This document shows, in pieces, positions 30,144 to 39,881 of a DNA stretch of 40,835 nucleotides (positions are counted from its first letter, which is position 1; each line of letters begins with the position of its first letter). The notes beneath the pieces are model-generated. The model searched no databases, was not told the DNA's origin, and saw only the letters and a list, made by a program, of their open reading frames with translations. Source of the stretch: Candidatus Methylomirabilia bacterium (GTDB lineage: Bacteria > Methylomirabilota > Methylomirabilia > Rokubacteriales > CSP1-6); assembly GCA_041497895.1 (NCBI GenBank), contig JBGQHJ010000026.1, positions 1 to 40,835 of the forward strand. The letters run 5' to 3'. The translations under genes were made by a program, and so were the position numbers.

Positions 30144-31448
30144 CTAGGACGTGCTGGAGAGGGCGCTGACCCGCAGCCGATCGCCCGGGAAGATGCGGTC
30201 CGGGCGATCGAGGCCGTTCCACGCCACGAGCTGCTTGGCGGAGACGCCGTACCGCTTGGCGATGCGCCACACCGTCTCGCCGGCCTGCACCACGTGAACA
30301 CCCGCGCGCGGCGCCGATACGATCTTGCGGGCGGTCGAGGCGTCGATCTCCACCGCCGCGCGCACCGTGGCGGTGGTTCCGAGCGGGACCTTCAGCTCGT
30401 AGGGCCCGTCGGGCGGGGTCTGCTTCTGCCGGAGCTCCGGGTTCAGGGACTCCAGATCCTGGGTCGTCACACCGGACAGCGCGGCGAGTCGCACGAGCCG
30501 GCTGCCCTTGGGCACCGTGACCTGCTCGTAGCGGATCGGGTCCTCGGGCACGACGCTGAAGCCGTAGCGCTCGGGCTGGCGGCCGATGAGCGTCGCGGCG
30601 TGGATGGCCGGCACGAAGTTCTTGGTCTCGTCGGGCAGGAGTGGGCTCTTGTGGAGCGCCCAGAAGTCGCGCGAGCCGGTGCGATCGATCGCCTGCTGGA
30701 TCTTCCCGTCGCCGGTGTTGTAGGCGGCCTGGGCCAGGTCCCACGAGCCGAACTGAGCGTAGAGGTCACGCAGGTAGTTGGCCGCGGCCACCGTGGACTT
30801 CTCGGGATCGAGGCGCTCGTCGAGCCAGCCGTCCACCCGCAGGCCGTACAGGCGCGCGGTCGGCGCCATGAACTGCCAGAGGCCCTTGGCCCCGGCCTGG
30901 GAGACCGCCACCGGATTGAAGCCGCTCTCGATCATCACCGTGAACACCAGGTCCTCGGGCAGACCCTTCTGCCGGAAGACGTCGAGGATCATCGGCAGAT
31001 AGCGTCCCGAGCGGGCGAGCCAGCCCTCCACGACGGCCCGCCGATAGCCGGTCTGGAACCGATCGAGGAAGAACCGGACGTGCTCGTTGACGTGCACGCG
31101 GTACGTGGCCATCGGCTTCGCCGGAGGAAGCATCGCGAGCACCTGGCTCCGCATCACGCTCGGGGCCGGGGCGAAGCTGGCCGGCTGGACGATCGGGGTC
31201 TCGGCCGGCTCGCCGAAGACGTCGGTCCAGGCGGCGTCGGAGTACTTGGCGGAGTGCCGGGGCTGGTCCATTGACCAGGCCGCAGGGGTTGGGCCTTCGA
31301 TCTGGAGGCTGGCGTGATCCAGGGCGACGACGATCGGGGGGGTCTCGACCTCGGCCTGGGCCGACCCGGCGAGAGCCAGGCACCCGCCGAGGAGCGCTGC
31401 GATCCCGGTCAGAAAGGTCCGCGCTGAGGTACCGTGTGTCTTTGCCAT
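30144..31448 (-). CDS. mltD: Lytic murein transglycosylase with LysM (MltD-like)
   Basis: SLT motifs IESGF, AKGLWQFM, DERLDP, AAYNTG and ETKNFVP; LNPEL; C-terminal LysM HVVQAGETVWRIAKRYGV. Start 31448 is favoured by the sigma54 site (alternatives 31457, 31478). Confidence 0.88.
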   Translation of the reverse strand: MAKTHGTSARTFLTGIAALLGGCLALAGSAQAEVETPPIVVALDHASLQIEGPTPAAWSMDQPRHSAKYSDAAWTDVFGEPAETPIVQPASFAPAPSVMRSQVLAMLPPAKPMATYRVHVNEHVRFFLDRFQTGYRRAVVEGWLARSGRYLPMILDVFRQKGLPEDLVFTVMIESGFNPVAVSQAGAKGLWQFMAPTARLYGLRVDGWLDERLDPEKSTVAAANYLRDLYAQFGSWDLAQAAYNTGDGKIQQAIDRTGSRDFWALHKSPLLPDETKNFVPAIHAATLIGRQPERYGFSVVPEDPIRYEQVTVPKGSRLVRLAALSGVTTQDLESLNPELRQKQTPPDGPYELKVPLGTTATVRAAVEIDASTARKIVSAPRAGVHVVQAGETVWRIAKRYGVSAKQLVAWNGLDRPDRIFPGDRLRVSALSSTS

Positions 31449-31461
31449 AGGCCGCATGGCT

Positions 31462-31494
31462 AGCAAGGGCCATTCCATACATAAACTATTGTTT
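31462..31494 (-). promoter_or_regulatory. Sigma54 promoter TGGAATGGCCCTTGCT with adjacent IHF-like site
   Basis: GG-N10-GC with TTGC at 31462-31477; AAACAATAGTTTA (31482-31494) has one mismatch to IHF WATCARNNNNTTR and lies in a markedly AT-rich patch. Confidence 0.55.
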
Positions 31495-31625
31495 AATTTG
31501 GTGTTTTGAGGGTGACAGAGCCACCCGAACCCCCTCTCTGGGTACCCCAGGACCCACCATGGGAGATTTGCGCGCTCCGCACATTTTGCGTATTACTTGC
31601 CGGTCCGCGGAGGCCGGGAGCCGAC

Positions 31626-31654
31626 TTGACGCGACGGCAACCTGGCCCCATGCT
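31626..31654 (+). promoter_or_regulatory. Sigma70-type promoter TTGACG-N17-CATGCT for the Rieske-RND genes
   Basis: Near-consensus -35, 17 bp spacer, 11 nt upstream of ATG 31666. Confidence 0.5.
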
Positions 31655-31665
31655 GAGGCGCACCC

Positions 31666-32913
31666 ATGGCCTCGGCGCGAGCATCCGGTAGTGCATACGA
31701 CGGGTACGCTCGTCGCGTCGCTCCGGCGCCCGATCCCGAGCTCACCCCCGTCGGTCCCGGTACCGCGTGCGGCGAATATCTCCGGCGTTTCTGGCAACCG
31801 GTCGCGTTCGCGCGCGATCTCGACGGGCCGCCGCGTCGCGTGCGCATCCTCGGCGAGGATCTGGTGGTCTTCCGCGATCGGAGCGCGCGCACCGGTGTCC
31901 TGCATCTGCACTGCGCGCACCGCGGGACGTCGCTCGAGTTCGGCATCCCGCTCGAGCGAGGGCTGCGCTGCTGCTACCACGGCTGGGTCTTCGACGTCGA
32001 CGGGCGATGCCTGGAGACGCCGGGTGAGCCCGCGGGCAGCCGGCTCTGCGAGCGCGTGTGGCAGGGCGCCTATCCGACCCACGAGTTCTGCGGCCTCGTG
32101 TTCGCGTACATGGGACCGCCCGATCGGCGGCCCGCGTTTCCGCTCTACGATTCCTTCGAGGTGCCGGGGCACACCCTGATGCCGGCGGCCGAGTTCACGC
32201 TGCCGTGTCACTGGCTGCAGGTGAAGGACAACAGCATGGACCCGGTGCACACCGCGTTCCTGCACGCGCTGTCGAGCGGCTACCAGTTCACCGCCGCCTT
32301 CGGCGTCGTGCCCGAGCTCGACTGGCTCACCACCGAGGCGGGCATGGTCTACATCGCGACCCGCCGCACGGGCGAGCTGGCCTGGGTGCGCGTCTGCGAC
32401 TACATGCCGCCCAACGTGCACCAGTTCACGCGCGAGATCGAGGAGGCGGCCGCGCCCAAGGCCGCGAGCCGCCCGGTGATCATCCGCTGGGCGGTGCCCA
32501 ACGACGAGACGCACACCACCAACTTCGAGCTGGCCCAGGTGGATCCGGCGTGGGGCCTCACGCCCGAGCAGGTCGCCCGCCCCGGCTTCGGCCAGTCGGA
32601 CGACCGGCCCTACGAGGAGCGGCAGCGCTTCCCGGCCGACTACGACGCGCAGTCGAGCCAGCGGACGATCGCGGTCCACGCCCTCGAGCACCTCGCCTCG
32701 ACGGACCGCGGGGTGATCATGCTGCGGCGGATCGTGCGCGACGGCATCCGCGCGGTGCAGGCCGGCCTGGACCCGTGGGGTGCGCACTGGCCCGAGGGCA
32801 AGGTCGTCCCGACGCACACCCAGGACCTGGTCCTGCTCCTGCCGCCCGCCGAGAGCCCGGAGGCCGACCGGCGACTGCTGCGCGAGGCCGGGCGCCGGGC
32901 CGTCACCGGCTGA
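31666..32913 (+). CDS. Rieske non-heme iron oxygenase alpha subunit (phthalate 4,5-dioxygenase-like)
   Basis: Rieske motif CAHRG...CCYHGW; mononuclear Fe motif DPVHTAFLH; GPGT.CGEYLRRFWQP; EHLASTDRGV. Confidence 0.92.
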   Translation: MASARASGSAYDGYARRVAPAPDPELTPVGPGTACGEYLRRFWQPVAFARDLDGPPRRVRILGEDLVVFRDRSARTGVLHLHCAHRGTSLEFGIPLERGLRCCYHGWVFDVDGRCLETPGEPAGSRLCERVWQGAYPTHEFCGLVFAYMGPPDRRPAFPLYDSFEVPGHTLMPAAEFTLPCHWLQVKDNSMDPVHTAFLHALSSGYQFTAAFGVVPELDWLTTEAGMVYIATRRTGELAWVRVCDYMPPNVHQFTREIEEAAAPKAASRPVIIRWAVPNDETHTTNFELAQVDPAWGLTPEQVARPGFGQSDDRPYEERQRFPADYDAQSSQRTIAVHALEHLASTDRGVIMLRRIVRDGIRAVQAGLDPWGAHWPEGKVVPTHTQDLVLLLPPAESPEADRRLLREAGRRAVTG

Positions 32914-32927
32914 GGCGACCCTCCCCC

Positions 32928-35900
32928 ATGTGGATCGTCCGGATCGCGCTGGATCGGCCGTACACCTTCGTGGTGCTCGCGCTGCTGATCCTGATCGCGA
33001 GCCCGGTGGTGATCGCCCGCACCCCGACCGACATCTTCCCGGCCATCAACATCCCGGTCATCGCGGTGGCCTGGCAGTACAGCGGGCTCAACACCGAGGA
33101 GCTCGAGGGGCGGATCACCACCTCCTACGAGCGGGTGCTCACCACCACGGTGGACAACATCCAGCGCATCGAATCGACCACCGTCAACGGCCAGGCCATC
33201 ATCAAGGTGTACCTCCAGCCGAACGCGCGCCTGGACACCGCGAACGCCCAGATCACCGCGATCTCGCAGACCGTGCTCCGCCAGTACCCGCCCGGCATCG
33301 GGCCGCCGCTGATCATCAACTTCAGCGCGTCCAGCGTGCCGATCCTCCAGCTCGCGCTCTCGGGAGAGGGGCTCGCCGAGCAGCAGCTCTTCGACGTGGG
33401 GGTCAACTTCCTGCGTCCCCAGCTCGTGACGATCCCGGGAGTCGCGATTCCGTGGCCCTTCGGCGGCAAGCAGCGGCAGGTCATGGTGGACCTCAACACC
33501 CGCATGCTGCAGGCCAAGGGACTGGCCCCCGCCGACGTGCTCAACACCATGAATTTACAAAATCTGATCCTGCCCTCCGGGACCGCCAAGATCGGACAGT
33601 TCGAGTACTACGTGAACCTCAACGCATCGCCCCGCACGGTGCCGGAGCTGGCCGACCTGCCGATCAAGGTGATGGGCAACTCCACCATCTACCTCCGCGA
33701 CGTCGCCAACGTGCGCGACGGGTTCAGCGTGCAGACCAACATCGTCCGGCGTGACGGCCGGCGCGGCACCCTGCTCACCGTGCTCAAGGCGGGCGACGCC
33801 TCCACCCTCGACGTGGTCGACAACATCCGGGCCGCGATCCCCCGGGTGGCCACCACCCTGCCGCCCGAGCTCAGGATCGACCTGCTCGCCGACCAGTCCA
33901 TCTTCGTGCGCGGCGCCATCTCCGGGGTCGTCCACGAGGCGATCATCGCGGCCTGCCTCACCGCCCTCATGATCCTGCTCTTCCTCGGGAGCTGGCGGAG
34001 CACCTTGATCATCGCGGTCTCGATCCCGTTGTCGATCCTGACCTCGGTGATCGTGCTGAGCTTCCTGCGCGAGACCATCAACATCATGACCCTGGGCGGC
34101 CTCGCCCTGGCGGTCGGCATCCTGGTCGACGACGCCACCGTGACCATCGAGAACATCGATCGCTTCCTCGAGGAGGGACGCGATCTGCGCGAGGCGATCT
34201 TCGAGGGCGCGGCCCAGATCGCGGTGCCCGCGCTGGTTTCCACCCTCTGCATCTGCATCGTGTTCCTGCCCATGTTCTTCCTCAGTGGGGTGGCCCGGTA
34301 CCTGTTCGTGCCGCTCGCCGAGGCGGTGGTCTTCGCGATGCTCGCGTCCTACGTGCTCTCTCGCACGCTCGTGCCCACCCTGGCCATGTACCTCCTGCGC
34401 CCGCACGACCACCGGCCGGCCCCCAGCCGGAACCCGCTCGCGCTCCTGCAGCGGGGGTTCGAGCGCGGCTTCGAGCGGGTGCGCGTGGCTTACCGGGCCC
34501 TGCTCATGCGGCTGATCTCCCGCCAGGGCGCCTTCGTGAGCGTGTTCCTGGTGGCCTGCCTCGCGGCGTGGCTGCTGCTGCCCTGGCTCGGGGAGAACTT
34601 CTTCCCGACCAGCGACAACGGGCAGTTCATTCTCCACCTGCGGGCCAAGACCGGCACCCGCATCGAGGAGACCGCCCGGCTCGCCGACCTGGTGGAGACG
34701 TCGATCCGGCGCGAGATCCCGCCGGAGGAGCTCGACAACGTCATCGACAACATCGGCCTGCCCTACTCGACCATCAACTACATGTACAGCCGCTCCGGCT
34801 TCATCGGAACCGCGGACGCGGACATCCTGGTGACGCTCAAGGACGGGCACCGGCCCACCGCGGAACACATGCGCACCCTGCGGGCCCGGCTGCCCCAGGA
34901 GTTCCCGGGCGTCGCCTTCTACTTCGTGCCCGCCGACATCGTGACCCAGATCCTGAACTTCGGCCTGCCCGCCCCGATCGACGTCCAGATCGAGGGCAAT
35001 GACCTCGAGGCGAATCGCCAGGTGGCGAACCGGATCCTCGCCGACCTGCGTCAGGTGCCGGGGCTCACCGACCTGCGCATCCAGCAGAATTTCGACTACC
35101 CGAATTTCCAGGTGAGCGTGGACCGCACCAAGGCGGCGGGGGCCGGCTTCACGCCGCGCGACGTGGCCAACAGCGTGCTGCTCACGTTGAGCGGGAGCGG
35201 GCAGACCAACCCGATCCAGTTCATGAACTGGCAGAACGGGGTGACCTACAACCTGGTCACCCAGGCTCCGCAGTACTCGGTCCAGTCGCTCCAGGATCTC
35301 CAGAACGTGCCGATCAGCGGGGCGACCAGCGCGCGCCCGCAGATCCTGGGCGACGTGGCCTCGATCTCCCGGTCCACCGGCATGGCGGTGATCTCGCACT
35401 ACAACACCCGTCGCGTGGTGGACATCTACGGCTCGGTCCAGGACCGGGACCTCGGCGCGGTCGGCCGCGACATCACCCGGATCGTCGACGCCCACCGTCC
35501 GAACCTCCCGCGCGGGAGCTTCGTGGCCCTGCGCGGGCAGGTCGAGACGATGCGGACCTCCTACGTGGGCCTGCTCGGCGGGCTCGCGTTCGCGATCGTC
35601 CTCGTCTATCTTCTGATCGTCGTGAACTTCCAGTCCTGGCTCGACCCCTTCATCATCATCACCGCACTGCCCGCCGCCCTCGCCGGCATCATCGTGTTCC
35701 TGTTCCTCACCGGCACCACCCTGAGCGTGCCGGCCCTGATGGGCGCGATCATGTGCATGGGCGTGGGCACCGCCAACAGCATCCTGGTGGTGTCCTTCGC
35801 CAAGGAGCGCCTGGGCGAGCACGGCGACGCCCGCGAGGCCGCGATCGAGGCGGGCGTCACCCGGTTCCGGCCGGTGCTCATGACCGCGCTCGCCATGATC

Positions 35901-36089
35901 ATCGGCATGATCCCGATGGCGCTGGGCTGGGGCGAGGGCGGCGAGCAGAACGCGCCGCTGGGCCGGGCGGTGATCGGGGGCCTCGTCTGCGCCACCATCG
36001 CCACTCTCGTCTTCGTGCCCGCGGTGTTCAGCCTGCTGCACGGGCGCCGCCGGCCTGCCGGAGCCGCCGCGCCGGAGCCCGCCGCGTGA
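32928..36089 (+). CDS. RND efflux permease (AcrB/NolG-like)
   Basis: MWIVRIALDRP start; NIMTLGGLALAVGILVDDA; RFRPVLMTA; 1053 aa. Confidence 0.95.
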   Translation: MWIVRIALDRPYTFVVLALLILIASPVVIARTPTDIFPAINIPVIAVAWQYSGLNTEELEGRITTSYERVLTTTVDNIQRIESTTVNGQAIIKVYLQPNARLDTANAQITAISQTVLRQYPPGIGPPLIINFSASSVPILQLALSGEGLAEQQLFDVGVNFLRPQLVTIPGVAIPWPFGGKQRQVMVDLNTRMLQAKGLAPADVLNTMNLQNLILPSGTAKIGQFEYYVNLNASPRTVPELADLPIKVMGNSTIYLRDVANVRDGFSVQTNIVRRDGRRGTLLTVLKAGDASTLDVVDNIRAAIPRVATTLPPELRIDLLADQSIFVRGAISGVVHEAIIAACLTALMILLFLGSWRSTLIIAVSIPLSILTSVIVLSFLRETINIMTLGGLALAVGILVDDATVTIENIDRFLEEGRDLREAIFEGAAQIAVPALVSTLCICIVFLPMFFLSGVARYLFVPLAEAVVFAMLASYVLSRTLVPTLAMYLLRPHDHRPAPSRNPLALLQRGFERGFERVRVAYRALLMRLISRQGAFVSVFLVACLAAWLLLPWLGENFFPTSDNGQFILHLRAKTGTRIEETARLADLVETSIRREIPPEELDNVIDNIGLPYSTINYMYSRSGFIGTADADILVTLKDGHRPTAEHMRTLRARLPQEFPGVAFYFVPADIVTQILNFGLPAPIDVQIEGNDLEANRQVANRILADLRQVPGLTDLRIQQNFDYPNFQVSVDRTKAAGAGFTPRDVANSVLLTLSGSGQTNPIQFMNWQNGVTYNLVTQAPQYSVQSLQDLQNVPISGATSARPQILGDVASISRSTGMAVISHYNTRRVVDIYGSVQDRDLGAVGRDITRIVDAHRPNLPRGSFVALRGQVETMRTSYVGLLGGLAFAIVLVYLLIVVNFQSWLDPFIIITALPAALAGIIVFLFLTGTTLSVPALMGAIMCMGVGTANSILVVSFAKERLGEHGDAREAAIEAGVTRFRPVLMTALAMIIGMIPMALGWGEGGEQNAPLGRAVIGGLVCATIATLVFVPAVFSLLHGRRRPAGAAAPEPAA

Positions 36090-37243
36090 GGAGCTCGCGC
36101 GGGGTCTGGATCCTCCTGCTCGTCGTGGTCGCGCTCGCGGTCGCGATCTACGCGGGGCTGCACGACCGGCGGGGCGCCGACGCGGCGCTGAAGCGGGCGA
36201 CCCAGGAGGCCGCCGTCCCGACGGTGGCGGTGACGTACCCCACCGCCTCCGCGCCCAGCGACGAGCTGGTGCTGCCGGGCACCGCGCGCGCGTTCACCGA
36301 CGCCCCGATCTACGCGCGGGCCAACGGCTACCTCAAGAAGTGGTACGCCGACATCGGGGCGCGGGTGACCCAGGGCCAGGTCCTGGCCGAGATCGAGACG
36401 CCCGAGCTGGACCAGCAGCTGCGCCAGGCGCGCGCCGATCTCGAGAACGCGCGGGCGACCATGGAGATGGCCCGCACCACCGCGGACCGCTGGCAGACCC
36501 TGCTCAAGCGCGACGCGGTCTCGCGCCAGGAGACGGACGAGAAGGTCAGCGACTACAACGCCAAGCGGGCCGTCGTCGACTCGAACAGCGCCAACGTGAA
36601 GCGGCTCGAAGATCTGCAGTCCTTCCAGCGGATCACCGCGCCCTTCGACGGCGTGATCACCGCGCGGAACACCGACGTGGGGGCGCTGATCGACGCGGGC
36701 GCGGGCGCCCAGGCCCGCGAGCTGTTCCGGCTCGCGTTGACGAGCAAGCTCCGCGTCTTCGTCTCGGTGCCGCAGGCCTACGCCCGGGCCGCGCGGCCCG
36801 GTACCCCGACCACGATCACCCTCGAGGAGAACCCGGGCAAGGTCTACCGGGGCACGCTGGCGCGAACGTCGACCGCGCTCGACCCCAACGCGCGCACCAT
36901 GCTGAGCGAGGTAGAGATGGACAATCCGAGCGGCGAGGTCCTGCCCGGCGCCTACGTGGTGGTCCGCCTGCGGGTCGGGCGCGAGACGCGCGGCATGACC
37001 ATCCCGGCCAACACCCTGCTCTTCCGCTCCGAGGGCCTGCGCGTCGCGGTGGTGCGGAACGGCCGCGCCGAGCTGGTGGAGGTGACTCTCGGACGCGACT
37101 ACGGTAAGAGCGTCGAGGTGGTGGCGGGGCTCCAGGCCACCGACGCGGTGATCCTGGATCCCGCCGACTCGCTGGTCAGCGGCGCGCCCGTGCGCGTACG
37201 GCCGACCGAGCCGAAGCCCGCCGCGAAGGCGCCGAGCGGGTAG
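36086..37243 (+). CDS. RND periplasmic adaptor (membrane fusion protein)
   Basis: GTGA overlap; N-terminal TM; IYARANGYL..WYADIG..V..GQ.LAEI; ITAPFDGVIT. Confidence 0.93.
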   Translation: MRSSRGVWILLLVVVALAVAIYAGLHDRRGADAALKRATQEAAVPTVAVTYPTASAPSDELVLPGTARAFTDAPIYARANGYLKKWYADIGARVTQGQVLAEIETPELDQQLRQARADLENARATMEMARTTADRWQTLLKRDAVSRQETDEKVSDYNAKRAVVDSNSANVKRLEDLQSFQRITAPFDGVITARNTDVGALIDAGAGAQARELFRLALTSKLRVFVSVPQAYARAARPGTPTTITLEENPGKVYRGTLARTSTALDPNARTMLSEVEMDNPSGEVLPGAYVVVRLRVGRETRGMTIPANTLLFRSEGLRVAVVRNGRAELVEVTLGRDYGKSVEVVAGLQATDAVILDPADSLVSGAPVRVRPTEPKPAAKAPSG

Positions 37244-38066
37244 GTGTCGCGGCGCCGGCCGGCGCGGCCGCGTGCCAGCGCGCCACCTCCTCGCAGGTGG
37301 AGAACCACACCCCGCGCGACCGGCGCATGTAGGTCACCAGCTCCTCCAGCAGGGCGATGCGTGAGGCCCGCCCGCTCACGAACGGGTGGCAGGTGAGCAC
37401 GAAGCAGCCGTTCTCCCGGTGCATCGCCGAGAACTCCTTGCTCCACATCTGCAGCACCCGCCCCGGGTCCGCGATGGCGTTGGTGGCCCCGTACACGTGG
37501 CGGAAGAGGGGAGCATCGTCGAGCAGCCACTGCACCGGCACCTCGATCAGCGGCCCCTGACCGGTCTCGACCTCGTAGGGCACGTCGTTGCCCATCAGCG
37601 AGCTGTCGTAGAGGAAGCCGTGGCGCTTGAGGAGCGTGGGGGTCCACACGTTGACGTCCCACGACGGCGAGCGGTAGCCGGCCGGGCGGACGCCGAGCTG
37701 CGAGTCCAGGATCGCGAGCTGCTCGCGCATCACCCGGTCTTCCTGCTCCTCGTCGAGAAAGCCGAGCGCCTCGTGCATGTTGCCGTGCGCGCCGATCTCG
37801 TGACCGGCGTCGCGGATGCGCGCGGCCGGGGCCGGGTGGTGCTCCACCGTCCATCCCGGGATGAAGAAGGTCGCCCGGAGCTTCAGCCGATCGAGCAGTC
37901 TCAGGATCCGGTCGACGCCCACGCGCGGACCGAAGCGGCGCTCCTCGAGATCGCCGAGGCTCCGCCGGGCCTTCTCCGGCTCGCGGAAGAGGAATCCCGA
38001 CTCGGCGTCGAAGTCGAAGGACAGAACCGCGGCGGACTGCTTGCCCTCGGGCCACCGATAGCGCAT
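37176..38066 (-). CDS. Polysaccharide deacetylase family protein (PgdA/PuuE-like, CE4)
   Basis: SFDFDAE, ATFFIPGW, HEIGAHGNMHE, GYRSP, YDSS and HP..SGR; no signal peptide. Confidence 0.9.
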   Translation of the reverse strand: MRYRWPEGKQSAAVLSFDFDAESGFLFREPEKARRSLGDLEERRFGPRVGVDRILRLLDRLKLRATFFIPGWTVEHHPAPAARIRDAGHEIGAHGNMHEALGFLDEEQEDRVMREQLAILDSQLGVRPAGYRSPSWDVNVWTPTLLKRHGFLYDSSLMGNDVPYEVETGQGPLIEVPVQWLLDDAPLFRHVYGATNAIADPGRVLQMWSKEFSAMHRENGCFVLTCHPFVSGRASRIALLEELVTYMRRSRGVWFSTCEEVARWHAAAPAGAATPTRSAPSRRASARSAVRARARR

Positions 38067-38076
38067 GGGATGCTCC

Positions 38077-38847
38077 TCAGCCCGACACCCAGCCGCCGCT
38101 GGGGTGGAGGATCTGTCCGGTGAGATACCCGGCGTCGTCGGCGGCCAGGATGAGCGCGCAGTAGGCCACGTCCTCCACCCGGCCGAAGCGGCGGAGCGGC
38201 AGCTCGGCCAGTCGGCGCGCGCGGTACTCGTCGGTCATCACGTCGCGGCTCATGTCGGTCTCGATGCCGCCCGGCGCGATCGCGTTCACCGTGACTCCGT
38301 GCTGGCCGACCTCCGAGGCCAGCGCGCGGGTGAGCGATTCGATGGCGCCCTTGGTGGCCGCGTAGGCCGCGAAGCCGCCGCCTCCCACCGCGCGCTGGGC
38401 CAGCTGCGAGGAGAGGTTGATGATGCGCCCGCCCTTCTGCTCGATCATCGGGGGCAGGGCGTGCCGGCTGCAGAGCAGCGTGCCCATCACGTTGATGTCG
38501 AGCATGCGCCGGCACTGGTCCTCCGGCACCTGCAGGAGCGGGCCGCGCACCATGACCCCCGCGTTGTTGACGAGGATGTCGACGCGGCCGAAGCGATCGA
38601 GGGTCCCCCCGATCAGCCGCCGGACGTCGTCGTCGCGTGCCACGTCGCCGCGCAAGGCGACGGCCTCCGTCCCGAGCCGGCCCGCCTCCGCGACGACCTC
38701 CTTCGCGCCGGCCTCGCTGCCGAGGTAGTTGGCGACCACCCGCGCGCCCTCGCGGGCGAAGGCGAGCGCGATGGCCCGGCCGAAGCCGCGGCCGGCCCCG
38801 GAGATCAGCGCGATCTTGCCGGCCAGCCGACCGGCGGAGGGATCCAC
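38077..38847 (-). CDS. SDR family oxidoreductase
   Basis: SGAGRGFG, NNAG, YAATK and VNAIAPG. Confidence 0.92.
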   Translation of the reverse strand: MDPSAGRLAGKIALISGAGRGFGRAIALAFAREGARVVANYLGSEAGAKEVVAEAGRLGTEAVALRGDVARDDDVRRLIGGTLDRFGRVDILVNNAGVMVRGPLLQVPEDQCRRMLDINVMGTLLCSRHALPPMIEQKGGRIINLSSQLAQRAVGGGGFAAYAATKGAIESLTRALASEVGQHGVTVNAIAPGGIETDMSRDVMTDEYRARRLAELPLRRFGRVEDVAYCALILAADDAGYLTGQILHPSGGWVSG

Positions 38848-38857
38848 CGGCCGCGCC

Positions 38858-39697
38858 TCAGGCCCGTCCGGCCGCGGGGCTCTTCTGCAGCCAGAACCGG
38901 GCCAGGTCGATGGGCTTGGGCCACCACACGCGGCCCTTGCCGAGGATCAGCTGGATGAGCCGCTCGACCATGCGCATGCGGGACGTGCGGCCGATGATCT
39001 GCGGGTGGGCGAGCCAGTTGAAGAAGCCGCCCTCGGCGTAGAGGCCCTCGAACTCCTCGGACCAGATCTCCCACACGTCCTGCTGGCTCCAGATCCCGTT
39101 GCCGACCGGCGGCACCGAGCTCCACATGAAGAACGGCGCGTCGTTGTTGCACCACGCGGTCGGGAACTCCACCAGGGGGCCGTGCTTGGTTTGCACCGCG
39201 TACGGGAGATCGGTGTCGAGCGCGTTGCTGTGGTAGACGAAGCCGTGGTGGGCGAGCAGCTCCATGGTGTGCCGGCTCGGGTCGGCCGACGGGGTGCGCG
39301 AACCGAGCGGCTTCACCCCCAGGATCTTCTTGAAGATGCCGAGGCTCTTGACCAGCAGCTCCTCCTCTTCCTCGCGGCTCTTCATGAAGAAGGGCTTCTC
39401 GTGGAGATAGCCGTGGTGGCCCACCTCGTGACCGCGGCGGACGATGTCCTCGCAGAGCGCGGGGTAGCGCTCCACGATCCAGCCCGGGATGAAGATGCAG
39501 GTCTTGATCCCGTAGCGGTCGAGCAGGTCCAGGATGCGCGGCATGCCGGTCCTGGGGCCGTAGGCGCCCATCGACATGTGCAGCGGCCGCTCCGCCAGCG
39601 CGGGGTCCCGGTGGATCCACGGGCTCTCGCCATCGAGGTCGAACGTCATCATGACGGCGCACCGGGCGCCGTCGGGCCAAGCCACCGTCTCTGCCAT
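38858..39697 (-). CDS. Polysaccharide deacetylase family protein (PgdA/PuuE-like, CE4), second paralog
   Basis: GGAGG RBS; TFDLDGE, FIPGW, HEVGHHGYLHE, GSRTP and HPQIIGR. Confidence 0.9.
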   Translation of the reverse strand: MAETVAWPDGARCAVMMTFDLDGESPWIHRDPALAERPLHMSMGAYGPRTGMPRILDLLDRYGIKTCIFIPGWIVERYPALCEDIVRRGHEVGHHGYLHEKPFFMKSREEEEELLVKSLGIFKKILGVKPLGSRTPSADPSRHTMELLAHHGFVYHSNALDTDLPYAVQTKHGPLVEFPTAWCNNDAPFFMWSSVPPVGNGIWSQQDVWEIWSEEFEGLYAEGGFFNWLAHPQIIGRTSRMRMVERLIQLILGKGRVWWPKPIDLARFWLQKSPAAGRA

Positions 39698-39881
39698 CGT
39701 GTCCTCCGGGGATGCCGGGAAGAGCGAGCGCGACCGCCGTCGAGGCAGCAGCATAGACCAGCGTTCCCGCCGTCCGCAACGCCGGCCGGCCCGGGCCCGT
39801 CGTGACTCCTCGCGTCAGCCGCGGATGCTCCCGGGAACCATCGCGCGGGCTCGGCGGTTGGCACTCCGGGAGGGCTTGCTC

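Noticed and set aside
31505..31565. Possible c-di-AMP (ydaO) riboswitch next to a cell-wall hydrolase (AGGG...CCCGAACCC)
   Set aside because: The motif is on the strand opposite to the transglycosylase and lacks the following GUCAGCUAAC and the 5' GCUGAAU elements. An Rfam RF00379 scan would settle it.
37176..37243. Convergent 3' overlaps (68 nt here, 35 nt at 14893-14927, 14 nt at 27559-27572) as antisense regulation
   Set aside because: Short tail overlaps are common in high-GC genomes because stop codons are scarce, and the overlapping tails look unconserved.
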